Source of the DNA: an uncultured Bacilli bacterium
GTDB lineage: Bacteria; Bacillota_I; Bacilli_A; RF39; UBA660
Assembly (NCBI GenBank): GCA_944358125.1
Contig: CALVQM010000003.1
Coordinates: forward strand, 1 to 37,671
Length of the DNA: 37,671 nucleotides
Direction: 5' to 3'
Part shown: positions 9,321 through 19,225 of the stretch, one piece after another
How the letters are laid out: each line of letters starts with the position of its first letter
Numbering within the stretch: position 1 is the stretch's first letter
The notes under the pieces: generated by a model
Told to the model about the DNA's origin: nothing
Database searches by the model: none
The model's input: the letters and a program-made list of their open reading frames with translations, nothing else
Program-made: the position numbers and the translations under genes

Positions 9321-10062
9321 ATTTCTCACTCATTTCCGTCATATATTTCCAATATTTCTTGGGCATAAAATTCATTTGGCAACGTTTGTTTCTTCTTTCT
9401 TTGATACCAATTGTATTAAAGAATGTTGTCCATAATTTTTTTATATTCTCTTCCTGCTCATTATTTTTTATTTCTAATATATTCATATTATTCCCAGATA
9501 TTAAATAGTATTTTTTCTTATCATAGATACTATACATATTTCTTCCTACATCCTTAATTATCCAATATTCATTTTTAAGACGTTTCTTAAAATGAATGGA
9601 TAATAATTCTAATACATTGTTGGTAGGACTAATTTCGGCATATAAGATATGATTTTCTAATTCTTGAAATCTTAAGAAACCTTTTAATTTATGATTTTCA
9701 TTACTGACATATTTGGATATTTTTAAGGAAGCATCTACACACTTTAAATTACGCATCGTAAATATTTTGTCTTGATATTTTAGAGCATTTAATAAGAAAT
9801 AATAAATAATTAGTTCTTTGTTTTGGTTATTTGATAAATAAATATAATAAATTGTTTTAATAATATTTTTGGATATCTGTATTTTATTAATATTAAAATT
9901 ATTATCCAGCTCTAATTCAATGGTTTCATCTAATAAAGATGGCTGATATTCATTTTTAGCACATATATTTAAAGGTTTCGTTTTGAATGCTAATAATTTG
10001 GTTATTAAATCTATTAAAGTAGAAAAATTACCGTCATATAAATAAATCTTATTACTTATCAT
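9298..10062 (-). CDS. TIGR03915-like putative DNA repair protein (DUF4130)
   Basis: YLYDGNFSTL, ENHKLKGFLRF, HFKKRL..EYWII.D, LWTTFFNTIGIKERRN..CQMNFMPKKYWKYMTE. Confidence 0.9.
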   Translation of the reverse strand: MISNKIYLYDGNFSTLIDLITKLLAFKTKPLNICAKNEYQPSLLDETIELELDNNFNINKIQISKNIIKTIYYIYLSNNQNKELIIYYFLLNALKYQDKIFTMRNLKCVDASLKISKYVSNENHKLKGFLRFQELENHILYAEISPTNNVLELLSIHFKKRLKNEYWIIKDVGRNMYSIYDKKKYYLISGNNMNILEIKNNEQEENIKKLWTTFFNTIGIKERRNKRCQMNFMPKKYWKYMTEMSEKYEKSNNR

Positions 10063-11270
10063 GAAAATAAGCTTAATTGTTCTTTATTATTTTCTACTTT
10101 GGGATTATCTTCTAAAATTAAATTAGCTTCAATAAAACTCTTTTTAAATAAATCACTATTAATAAAATACTTTCCATTACATGTAATAAAATATTTGGCT
10201 CTTTTTATGACTACTCCCATCTTTTTTAGATCATTAAAGGTTATTTTAAAGTTTTTCCGACATGCGATAATTCTTTTAGCTGATTTAATGCCAATACCAG
10301 GAACTTTTAACAAATCATAGTAAGATACTGTATTTATTTCTTTTGGGAATTCATTTAAATGACGTAAGGCCCAATTAGCTTTAGGATCCATTAAAATATT
10401 AAAATTGGGATTATCTTCATCTAGTAAATCTTTAACTCTAAAGCCATAAAAACGAAGAAGCCAGTCGGCTTGATAAAGTCTATTTTCTCTTACTAAAGGA
10501 GGAGTTTTAAGCATGGGTAATACTTTATCTTTATTTACAGGAATATAAGCCGAATAAAAAACTCTTTTTAAATCATAATTTTTATATAATGCTTCACTTT
10601 TAGTCATTATATCTAAATCCGTTTCTTTAGTAGCACCAATAATCATTTGAGTGCTTTGGCCGGCTGGAACGTAGGATCTATTGTGATTTTCCTTGACATA
10701 GGACATTATTTTAGTAACTTTATTTTCTTCTTTATTGGGAGCTAAAAGTTTTAGACCACTCTCTGTTGGTAATTCAATATTAGCACTTAATCTATCAACC
10801 AAATTTCCTAATTCTTTTAGTAAGTACTCGTTTGCACCAGGTATAGCTTTACAGTGAATGTACCCATGAAAATGATATTTATATCTTAACATTTTGATTG
10901 TTTTAATAAGTAGTTCCATCGTATAATCCGGACTTTTAATTATGCCGGAACTTAAAAACAATCCTTCTATATAGTTTCTACGGTAAAAATTCATTGTTAA
11001 CTCACATATTTCTTCTGGTGTAAATATTGCTCTTTTAACATTGTTGCTTCTTTTATTAATACAATATTTGCAATCAAAAATACAACAGTTGGTCATAAGA
11101 ATTTTTAAAAGAGAAATACATCTACCATCACTAGCAAAAGAGTGACATATTCCCGAGAAAGCGGCATTACCTATACCTCCTTCATTTTTTCTTGTGCTGC
11201 CACTTGATGAGCATGAGACATCATACTTGGCACTATCGGCTAAAATTGTTAATTTTTCTTTTAATGTCAT
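10059..11270 (-). CDS. TIGR03916-like putative DNA modification/repair radical SAM protein with HhH domain
   Basis: KLTILADSAKYDVSCSSSG, GICHSFASDGRCISLLK, CxxxCxxC (CIFDCKYC), RENRLYQADWLLRFYGF, HhH LLKVPGIG. Confidence 0.93.
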   Translation of the reverse strand: MTLKEKLTILADSAKYDVSCSSSGSTRKNEGGIGNAAFSGICHSFASDGRCISLLKILMTNCCIFDCKYCINKRSNNVKRAIFTPEEICELTMNFYRRNYIEGLFLSSGIIKSPDYTMELLIKTIKMLRYKYHFHGYIHCKAIPGANEYLLKELGNLVDRLSANIELPTESGLKLLAPNKEENKVTKIMSYVKENHNRSYVPAGQSTQMIIGATKETDLDIMTKSEALYKNYDLKRVFYSAYIPVNKDKVLPMLKTPPLVRENRLYQADWLLRFYGFRVKDLLDEDNPNFNILMDPKANWALRHLNEFPKEINTVSYYDLLKVPGIGIKSAKRIIACRKNFKITFNDLKKMGVVIKRAKYFITCNGKYFINSDLFKKSFIEANLILEDNPKVENNKEQLSLFS

Positions 11271-11288
11271 AAATAATCACCTAGCAAT

Positions 11289-11328
11289 ATTATAATACAA
11301 ATGTATGTGTTAGTCAAACAAATATTCG
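11289..11328 (-). promoter_or_regulatory. sigma-A promoter with overlapping LexA (SOS/Cheo)-like box
   Basis: Minus strand TTGACT (11312-11317), 17 bp, TATAAT (11289-11294); CGAATATTTGTTTG (11315-11328) resembles CGAAC-N4-GTTCG and overlaps the -35. Confidence 0.7.
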
Positions 11329-11359
11329 CTTCCAATATTTAACAAAAAAAGAATTATCA

Positions 11360-11782
11360 TTAAAGATAATCCCATATGCCTTTACCATTATCATAATCAT
11401 CTAAATTTTCCAAAAATTCTTCCATATTTTCCTTTATCGTAAAAGCTACAAGTTCATATTTTTCTTTATCGATGTATCCTAATTCGTTCATGCACTTGTA
11501 AAACTTCTTAATACTGGAAGCTGTTTCTTTAATACTACTTCTTGATGACCACATACATTTTCTAATAAACCAGTCTCCTAAAAAAGGATACACAGATGAG
11601 GTTCCTTCTTCCATGGTTTCACTTTCATAGTATGGCAAATAATTATTTAAATACAATTCCATGTTATTTTTATGTTTGTTAATTGTTTTGGTTGACAGAT
11701 TTTGTTTTTTTAACCAAGCTTTAAACTCTTGGATAAATTTTTCATTTCTTTTTTCATTTTTTTCAATTTCTAATTCATTCAT
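11360..11782 (-). CDS. Small stand-alone protein resembling the tyrosine-recombinase N-terminal SAM-like (core-binding) domain
   Basis: EFKAWLKKQNLSTKTINKH and SSIKKFYK patterns; no catalytic R-H-R-Y domain; GGAG RBS and TGGTATAAT -10 upstream. Confidence 0.55.
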   Translation of the reverse strand: MNELEIEKNEKRNEKFIQEFKAWLKKQNLSTKTINKHKNNMELYLNNYLPYYESETMEEGTSSVYPFLGDWFIRKCMWSSRSSIKETASSIKKFYKCMNELGYIDKEKYELVAFTIKENMEEFLENLDDYDNGKGIWDYL

Positions 11783-11857
11783 AATACTATCTCCTTTTTT
11801 GGTAATCTTATTATACCAAACTAATTATTTTTTTAAAGTATTTTAAAAGACAATCTT

Positions 11858-12589
11858 TTATTTTTGATCGTCTTTTAAGTTGTTATATATGTTCATAAAT
11901 CTTTCATATAATTTTTGACAGTTTTCGACATTCATTTCCGGAACATTTTTTAAGGGATTTTCTAATTTTAAATTTTCATATTTAGAAAAGCCTAAATGAT
12001 GGAAAGGCAAGAACTCTATTTTTTCAATATTTTTTATTTTTAACAAATAAACAGCTAATTCTTGTAAATAAGCATCATTATCCATCATGCCGGGTACTAT
12101 AACTTGTCTAATCCAGACTGGCTTGCCACTTCTATTTAAACATTCAATAAATTTTTCACTTTCCGAAATATCCCTACCCGTTAGTTTTTTATACCCTTCG
12201 TCATTAGGATATTTTATATCAAATAGGACTAAATCGATTAATGATAATATTTCTTCATATTTACCTATTCCCACACCGGCCGTATCTAAGGCAATATGAA
12301 TACCCTCTTCTTTTAGTTTCTTGCAAATATCTAGTAAAAAATCAATTTGTAATAAGGGTTCACCACCAGAGAATGTTACCCCACCATTGTTTCTTTTAAA
12401 ATAAGGTTTATTACGAAGTATCTTGGCTACTAATTCATCAACTGTGTAATTTTTATTACCCATATGCCACGTTTCGGGATTATGGCAATATAAACATCTT
12501 AGCATGCAGCCATTTAGAAAAATAACAGTTCTAATACCAGGGCCATCAACAAGGCCAAAGGTTTCAATGGAATTAACACTTGCTTGCAT
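11858..12589 (-). CDS. pflA: Pyruvate formate-lyase activating enzyme
   Basis: VDGPGIR, GCMLRCLYCHNPETW, GGVTFSGGEP, LPFHHLG; overlaps the pflB stop. Confidence 0.96.
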   Translation of the reverse strand: MQASVNSIETFGLVDGPGIRTVIFLNGCMLRCLYCHNPETWHMGNKNYTVDELVAKILRNKPYFKRNNGGVTFSGGEPLLQIDFLLDICKKLKEEGIHIALDTAGVGIGKYEEILSLIDLVLFDIKYPNDEGYKKLTGRDISESEKFIECLNRSGKPVWIRQVIVPGMMDNDAYLQELAVYLLKIKNIEKIEFLPFHHLGFSKYENLKLENPLKNVPEMNVENCQKLYERFMNIYNNLKDDQK

Positions 12590-14817
12590 TATATTTTCTC
12601 GTGGAAAGTTCTAGCAATAACTTCTTCTTGTTGACTCCTCGTAAGTCTGTTAAATCTTACGGCATAGCCTGATACTCTTATTGTTAATAGTGGATATTTA
12701 TCAGGATTTTCCATGGCATCAATTAATGTTTCTCTATTTAGTACATTAACATTTAAATGATGAGCGCCTTGGATGAAATAACCCTCTAATAAGCTAACTA
12801 AATTATCAATTTGTTCATCTTTGGTATGACCTAGAGCACTTGGAACGATAGAGAAAGTATTAGAAATACCATCACGACAACATTTTGCGTATTCTAATTT
12901 AGCAACAGAATTTAAGCTTGCTATAGCGCCACTTTCATCTCTACCATGCATTGGGTTTGCTCCTGGAGCAAAGGCAACACCTTTTTTTCTACCGTCGGGA
13001 GTTGAACCAGTTTTTGAACCATATACAACATTTGATGTTATAGTAAGGACAGATAAAGTTGGGTGAGCATTACGGTAACATTTATGTTTAGCAAGTTCTT
13101 CATAGAACTTTTCTGTCACTTCTTTTGCTATATTATCGACACGATCATCGTCATTACCATATTTAGGGAAATCTCCTTCTATTTCAAAATCAACAGCTAT
13201 ACCTTCTTCATTACGAATAGGTTTAACACGCGCATATTTAATTGCTGATAGTGAATCTGCTGCAACAGATAGTCCTGCTATACCATAAGCCATAAGTCTA
13301 TTTACATGGGTATCATGAAGAGCCATTTGTCCTGCTTCATAAGCATATTTATCATGCATATAATGAATAATATTCATAGCATTAGAATATACTTCGGCTA
13401 CTTTCTCAAGCATTTTGAAATAATTTTTCTTTACACTTTCATAATCTAGCACTTCATCCGTATTTTTTTCAAAACCTTCGATTACATGAGTACCTTTTAC
13501 TTCATCAATACCACCATTCATGGAATAAAGTAGAGCTTTGGCTAAATTACAACGAGCACCAAAGAATTGCATATCTTTACCCTCACGCATAGCCGATACA
13601 CAGCAAGCTATAGCATAATCATCACCATAAATTGGTCGCATAACATCATCATTTTCATATTGGATAGCATCTGTATCAATACTCATTTTGGCACAATACT
13701 TTTTAAAGTTTTCTGGTAAATGTTCACTCCATAAAATGGTCATGTTAGGCTCGGGTGCTGGATCAAGATTTGTTAGAGTATGAAGTAATCTGTAGCTAGT
13801 TTTAGTAACCATACTTTTACCATTTTCGGTAATTCCTCCAATAGATGCGGTAACCCAAGTTGGATCTCCTGAAAATAATTCATCATATTCAGGTGTTCTT
13901 AAATGTCTTACTAGTCTTAATTTAATAACAAAGTTATCAATAATCTCTTGGATTTCACTTTCGGTAATAGTTCCTTCTTTTAAATCTCTTTCAAAGTAAA
14001 TATCAAAGAAAGCATCCACACGGCCTAAACTCATTGCGGCGCCATTGTTTTCCTTTACAGCAGCTAAATAAGCAAGATAAGTCCACTCTACAGCTTCTTT
14101 ACTATTTTTGGCTGGTCTTGAAATATCAAAACCATAACGACTAGCCATTTTTTTGATTTCATCTAAAGCTTTAATTTGCATAGATACATCTTCTCTTAAC
14201 TGAATAAGTTCGTTATCCATTGGGCCTAAAAGACTTGCTAAATCACGCTTCTTTTCTTCAATTAAATAATCAATACCATATAAAGCTACACGTCTATAAT
14301 CACCAATAATACGACCACGGCCGTAAGCATCTGGAAGGCCTGTTAATAATCCGGCATGACGTGCCCGTCTAATTTCATCAGTATAGGCATCAAATACACC
14401 ATCATTATGTGTTTTTCTAAATTCATTGAAATATTTATCTACTTCAGGATTTAGTTTATAACCATAAGCTTCAAGCTCTTCTCTAACCATACGCATACCA
14501 CCATATGGGTTTACAATTCTTTTTAATGGTTTATCAGTTTGAAGACCTACGATACAATCATCTTCACTACATATATATCCTGGTTCAAAAGCATTAATTC
14601 CTGACATGTGATCTACATCAATATCTAATACTTTCTTCTTTAATTCCTCTTTTAGAAGTTCAGTGCAAGTATTCCATATTTTATCTGTTTTCTTGGTTGT
14701 TCCTTCTAAAAAAGACTCATCTCCATCGTAAGCATGATAATTATTTTTAATAAAATCGCTTACATTTATTTCTTTAGTCCAAAGACCATCTTTAAAATTA
14801 CGCCATTCTTCTTTCAT
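12589..14817 (-). CDS. pflB: Formate C-acetyltransferase (pyruvate formate-lyase)
   Basis: [23 protein letters not shown] (catalytic Cys pair), [10 protein letters not shown] glycyl-radical motif. Confidence 0.98.
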   Translation of the reverse strand: MKEEWRNFKDGLWTKEINVSDFIKNNYHAYDGDESFLEGTTKKTDKIWNTCTELLKEELKKKVLDIDVDHMSGINAFEPGYICSEDDCIVGLQTDKPLKRIVNPYGGMRMVREELEAYGYKLNPEVDKYFNEFRKTHNDGVFDAYTDEIRRARHAGLLTGLPDAYGRGRIIGDYRRVALYGIDYLIEEKKRDLASLLGPMDNELIQLREDVSMQIKALDEIKKMASRYGFDISRPAKNSKEAVEWTYLAYLAAVKENNGAAMSLGRVDAFFDIYFERDLKEGTITESEIQEIIDNFVIKLRLVRHLRTPEYDELFSGDPTWVTASIGGITENGKSMVTKTSYRLLHTLTNLDPAPEPNMTILWSEHLPENFKKYCAKMSIDTDAIQYENDDVMRPIYGDDYAIACCVSAMREGKDMQFFGARCNLAKALLYSMNGGIDEVKGTHVIEGFEKNTDEVLDYESVKKNYFKMLEKVAEVYSNAMNIIHYMHDKYAYEAGQMALHDTHVNRLMAYGIAGLSVAADSLSAIKYARVKPIRNEEGIAVDFEIEGDFPKYGNDDDRVDNIAKEVTEKFYEELAKHKCYRNAHPTLSVLTITSNVVYGSKTGSTPDGRKKGVAFAPGANPMHGRDESGAIASLNSVAKLEYAKCCRDGISNTFSIVPSALGHTKDEQIDNLVSLLEGYFIQGAHHLNVNVLNRETLIDAMENPDKYPLLTIRVSGYAVRFNRLTRSQQEEVIARTFHEKI

Positions 14818-14946
14818 TTATAATCCTCCTAGCTAGAATATTATATCATTTTTTTCTGGTTATGTTTAGTAGTATTTTTTAATTATTGAGTTTTATTACA
14901 TGTTTATTAATTTGAAAATATAGCATACTAAGTGGTAGTGATTATT

Positions 14947-15777
14947 ATGAAATTAGAACTAAAAACAATGTATTTTAGCACCTTCATTAATATTGTTATT
15001 TCTATTCTTAAAATTGGTGGTGGTATCATGCTGCACACTTTTACCCTTACAATCGATGGTATTTATACATTTAGTGATTTGGTAACGGATGTTATCTCTT
15101 TATTTGGAATTAAAATCGGAAGAAGACGCGCTAATAAGAATCACCCTTTGGGATATGGCAGAGTCTTTTATATTATAGAATTATTCATGGGTATTCTGGC
15201 TTTTTTAGTTGGTATTTTCGTTATATATTTAAGTTTTAAAATAGATTATCAAAAGCCTTTATTATCCATTATTCTTTTAATTCTTTTTACAGTCTTCTTA
15301 AAATTTATTAGTGTACATAAATTAGCTAGTATGGGGCACTCTTTAAATAGTGAATTATTGCTTGTTTCTAGTGTGGAATCAAAGATGGAAGCTTATTCAT
15401 CAATGGCTTTAATACCCATTATTCTTTTAAGCCAAATTATTCCTAAAATTGATATGATTGGCGGTATTTTTATTGCTATGCTTTTAATTATCCAAGCATT
15501 AAAAATGATAAAACTAAATATTAATTGTTTGATTGGTATTACTGATGAAGATAAAAAAATTAAAGAGGCTATTAAACAGATTGTGGATAAATATAGAGTT
15601 ATTCACATTACCGATTCATCTATTATAAAGATTGGGCCGTATTATCAAGTTACTTTAACTTTTAAAGCGAAAAAAGATATGAAAGTTCATAGTTTAATAC
15701 GAATACAAAACAAAATAAAAAAAGAACTTAAAGCGAAAACTTTGGGCCTTAAGTTCATTTCATTTTATTTTGAATAA
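14947..15777 (+). CDS. Cation diffusion facilitator family transporter
   Basis: NIVISILK, D.IYTFSD, HPLGYGR, TM pattern plus C-terminal cytoplasmic domain; start GTG 14932 or ATG 14947. Confidence 0.85.
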   Translation: MKLELKTMYFSTFINIVISILKIGGGIMLHTFTLTIDGIYTFSDLVTDVISLFGIKIGRRRANKNHPLGYGRVFYIIELFMGILAFLVGIFVIYLSFKIDYQKPLLSIILLILFTVFLKFISVHKLASMGHSLNSELLLVSSVESKMEAYSSMALIPIILLSQIIPKIDMIGGIFIAMLLIIQALKMIKLNINCLIGITDEDKKIKEAIKQIVDKYRVIHITDSSIIKIGPYYQVTLTFKAKKDMKVHSLIRIQNKIKKELKAKTLGLKFISFYFE

Positions 15778-18700
15778 TTAATCATTACTGTAAGTAAGTA
15801 AATTTTTAATATCTTCTTCGTTTAGAGTTGCTAAACTTGCTTCCGCATTTCCTTCAATTAAATTTTCGCTTAATATTTTCTTTTTTGTTTGAAGTTCTAA
15901 TATTCGTTCTTCAATTGTTCCTTTGGTAATTAATTTATTAACAATTACCTTTCTTTTCTGGCCAATTCGATGAGCTCGATCGGTTGCTTGATTTTCTACT
16001 TGAGGATTCCACCATATATCTAGGTGAATTACAATATCAGCACTGGTTAAGTTTAATCCTGTTCCTCCTGATTTTAATGTTAGAAGGAAACAACTAGTAT
16101 TATCACTGTTAAATTTATCAATTAATGGAAGCCTATCTTTACTTTTAGTAGAGCCATCTATGCTGTAAAAACTTATTTTTGCTTTTTCTAAATCTTGTTT
16201 TAATAAATCTAAGATTCTTTTAAAACTAGAAAATATTAATATTTTATGATGTTCTTTTACATAGTCTTTAATCATTTCCAATATTTTTTCTGTTTTAATA
16301 CTTTCTCCTTCATAATTTTCATATAAGACATGGGGATTAATACATATTTGTCTTAGTTTGGTTAATAATTGGAGTATTTTGAAACGTGATGAAGCAAAAC
16401 CAGAGGTAGCGATTAATTCTTCAATTTCTTTTTCTGTTTCTTTTAAGACACTTACATATAACTGTTTCTGCTTTTCTGGTAAATCTAAATATATGTTATT
16501 TTCGATTTTATCAGGCAGATCTTTTACTACATCTTGTTTTTTCCTTCGTAAAATAAATGGCTTTATTTGATAATTTAGATTTGCCAGACGATTTAAGTCT
16601 TCTTCGGTTACATCACTAATATGGTATTTTTCTCGAAATTTCTCGACACTATTTAAATAGCCAGGCATTAGAAAGTCAAATATACTCCAAAGTTCAGTAA
16701 CTGAATTTTCTAATGGTGTTCCTGTTAAAGCAATTTTGGTATGGGCGTGTAGACTTTTTAGTGCTATAGTCATACGGGCTTGATAATTTTTCATGTATTG
16801 AGCTTCATCCACAATACATATTTCAAAATGCATATTGCTATATTCTTCCATATCATTCCTTAATAATCCATAGGAAGTTATAAATACATGGGCGTCGTTG
16901 TCATGTAATGCTTCTATTCTTTTCTTTTTAGAATCACTAATTACTCTTACTTTTATTCCTTGGCCAAATTTTGTAAATTCTTTTTCCCAGTTGTAAACTA
17001 ATGATGTGGGACAAACAATTAAAATTTTGGCATCTTTTTTATCTTTTAATACTTCTTTTATAAAACATATGGCTTGAATACTTTTCCCAAGTCCCATTTC
17101 GTCTGCTAAAATACCCCCTAAATCACATTTGTATAGAGTATATAGCCATTTTACACCCGTTTTTTGATAATCTCTTAGAGTTTCTTGGTCTTCTTTAGAA
17201 AAAGTTATGTCTATATCTTTATATTTGTTAAAATTAGTAATAAAATCATCAAATAAATTGTTTGTTTTGATATCATGATATTTATTTTCTTTTAGTGAAT
17301 CAATGTATAAGGCACGATATTTTGGAATTTCAATTTTGTCGTTTAAAGTGGATGGATCTAATTCTAAATCATCTATTAGAGATCCAAATTCTTGTAATTC
17401 TTTATTTTCTTCTAAATTAATTAAATTACCATTTTTTAGGCGATGATAAGTTTTTTTACTTTTTAAGGAAGCTAGTATACCTTTTAATTCCTCATCATTA
17501 ATATTGTCTAATTCAAAATTAAAAGACATGATACCATCATAGCCAATGCTAAAATCTTTGGTAATACGCGTTTTTTTAATTAAGTTTATTTTATCTAGTT
17601 TTTTACTTGTATATACTTCGTATTTATTTCCTAAATTAGTTAAATTATTTTCCAAGAAATAACCAATAGTATCAATATCATTCATTTCAAATTTGTTTTT
17701 ATTTATTATAAAACCAGCATTTATAATATCTTGCATAACTTCTTCTTCTAAGTCATAGTCTCTTGAGACACTAGTATCATTGCTTAACAGGTTAATTTCT
17801 ATTCCACTATAATTTAGCTTAATTTCACTAGTTAGTTTGTCTTTTAAAATATCTAAATAGATCTTAACACTTGGTTTGGTTATTTTGGTAATTTCAGTTA
17901 TATCATCTGCTATTTGTAGTTTATCGTTTATTACCTTTAAAATACCTTGATTAAATTTTTCTATGTTTTTGTTTTTAAATAATAAAGAGTTTATTTGTCT
18001 GTGATACAATTCTTTTAATAATTTTTGATAATTTTCAGGAATAATATATAAATTATTTCTATAAAGAATATATTTGCAGTTGCTTGTTAAAATATTGTAG
18101 TTTTCAAGATCTTCAATGGTTAAAGAAAAATCTTTTTTCCTATGATTTAGTATAAATTTAGTTGGCAAATCTTCGATAATTTCTGCTATTTTTTCACGAT
18201 TTATTTGTAATTTAGCAATATCAATATTGTGTATTAAATAATCTAAATCTCTTTCACTTAAATCAAAAGGATCTACACTATAATAATAATTGCTAGTTTT
18301 CTCATAATTTGCTAAATAATTAATAACTTTTGTATCTTCTTCATCAAAATAATAATTATCTTTATTATAAGTAAATTTAGTTCCTAATACGTCATCTCCA
18401 CCATTAAAATAAGCATCTAAAAATTTTTCGAATTTTGATTTATTATTTAAAACATATAATTTATTAGTACCAACACTTAATCGATATTGTATTTTATTAT
18501 CATAGAAAGTAATGTTTAGTTGCAATGATGCTTTTTCTTTAACGGACTTTTTGGGATTAGGATTATAAAATATATTTAGAATTTCACTTGTTTCTTCATA
18601 TAAATCCTTTTTTTCACACCTAATTATCGGATAATAATATTCATATAAACAAGCTATAACATGTTCACAAGATTTGTACTTTCTAAACTTTTCACAAGTA

Positions 18701-18906
18701 CATGTTCCTTCATATATTTCATCACCATTGTTTTTTATTATAACTTCATATTCATCCCATTCATTTTTGTCTTCTACTTGGAACTCATGAACATATTGCT
18801 TAGGTTCTTCATAAGATGTTAGATACTCTATTAAATAGCTAGGATATGTTCTTCCTTTTATTAATGCCTCTGCTCCAAAACTACGAACAAAATCAAAATA
18901 CTTCAT
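15778..18906 (-). CDS. SWIM-domain SNF2/SWI2 helicase
   Basis: SWIM CTC...CEH, LADEMGLGKS, DEAQ, LTGTPLEN, QATDRAHRIGQ; start ATG 18906 after GGAGG. Confidence 0.93.
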   Translation of the reverse strand: MKYFDFVRSFGAEALIKGRTYPSYLIEYLTSYEEPKQYVHEFQVEDKNEWDEYEVIIKNNGDEIYEGTCTCEKFRKYKSCEHVIACLYEYYYPIIRCEKKDLYEETSEILNIFYNPNPKKSVKEKASLQLNITFYDNKIQYRLSVGTNKLYVLNNKSKFEKFLDAYFNGGDDVLGTKFTYNKDNYYFDEEDTKVINYLANYEKTSNYYYSVDPFDLSERDLDYLIHNIDIAKLQINREKIAEIIEDLPTKFILNHRKKDFSLTIEDLENYNILTSNCKYILYRNNLYIIPENYQKLLKELYHRQINSLLFKNKNIEKFNQGILKVINDKLQIADDITEITKITKPSVKIYLDILKDKLTSEIKLNYSGIEINLLSNDTSVSRDYDLEEEVMQDIINAGFIINKNKFEMNDIDTIGYFLENNLTNLGNKYEVYTSKKLDKINLIKKTRITKDFSIGYDGIMSFNFELDNINDEELKGILASLKSKKTYHRLKNGNLINLEENKELQEFGSLIDDLELDPSTLNDKIEIPKYRALYIDSLKENKYHDIKTNNLFDDFITNFNKYKDIDITFSKEDQETLRDYQKTGVKWLYTLYKCDLGGILADEMGLGKSIQAICFIKEVLKDKKDAKILIVCPTSLVYNWEKEFTKFGQGIKVRVISDSKKKRIEALHDNDAHVFITSYGLLRNDMEEYSNMHFEICIVDEAQYMKNYQARMTIALKSLHAHTKIALTGTPLENSVTELWSIFDFLMPGYLNSVEKFREKYHISDVTEEDLNRLANLNYQIKPFILRRKKQDVVKDLPDKIENNIYLDLPEKQKQLYVSVLKETEKEIEELIATSGFASSRFKILQLLTKLRQICINPHVLYENYEGESIKTEKILEMIKDYVKEHHKILIFSSFKRILDLLKQDLEKAKISFYSIDGSTKSKDRLPLIDKFNSDNTSCFLLTLKSGGTGLNLTSADIVIHLDIWWNPQVENQATDRAHRIGQKRKVIVNKLITKGTIEERILELQTKKKILSENLIEGNAEASLATLNEEDIKNLLTYSND

Positions 18907-18922
18907 AAAACCTCCAAAAAGC

Positions 18923-18942
18923 AAAAAAGCAACATACGTTGC
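18923..18942 (-). terminator. Intrinsic terminator after secG
   Basis: GCAAC-gtat-GTTGC followed by T6 on the minus strand. Confidence 0.6.
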
Positions 18943-19161
18943 CTATTTTAAAAATAGTATTAACGAAATAATGAAAAAAAGAATTCCTAATATTAAGGTT
19001 AATCGGCTTATAAATAATTCAAATCCTCTTTCTTTCATATTTTGAAATAAGACATCATTGCCACCAGTAATAATTTGACCAGCACTGCTAGCTTTATTTC
19101 CTTGTAGTAAAACTACAACAATTAATAATACTGATATAATTAATAAAAAGGTTTCTAACAT
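18943..19161 (-). CDS. secG: Preprotein translocase subunit SecG
   Basis: LIVVVLLQ...GG..LF..KERGFE..ISRLT; two TM segments; start ATG 19161 after an AGGAAGTG RBS. Confidence 0.88.
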   Translation of the reverse strand: MLETFLLIISVLLIVVVLLQGNKASSAGQIITGGNDVLFQNMKERGFELFISRLTLILGILFFIISLILFLK

Positions 19162-19225
19162 AAAATTCACTTCCTTTGGTAAAACAAATATAGTATAACA
19201 TATATTTGGCATCAAAACAACAATT

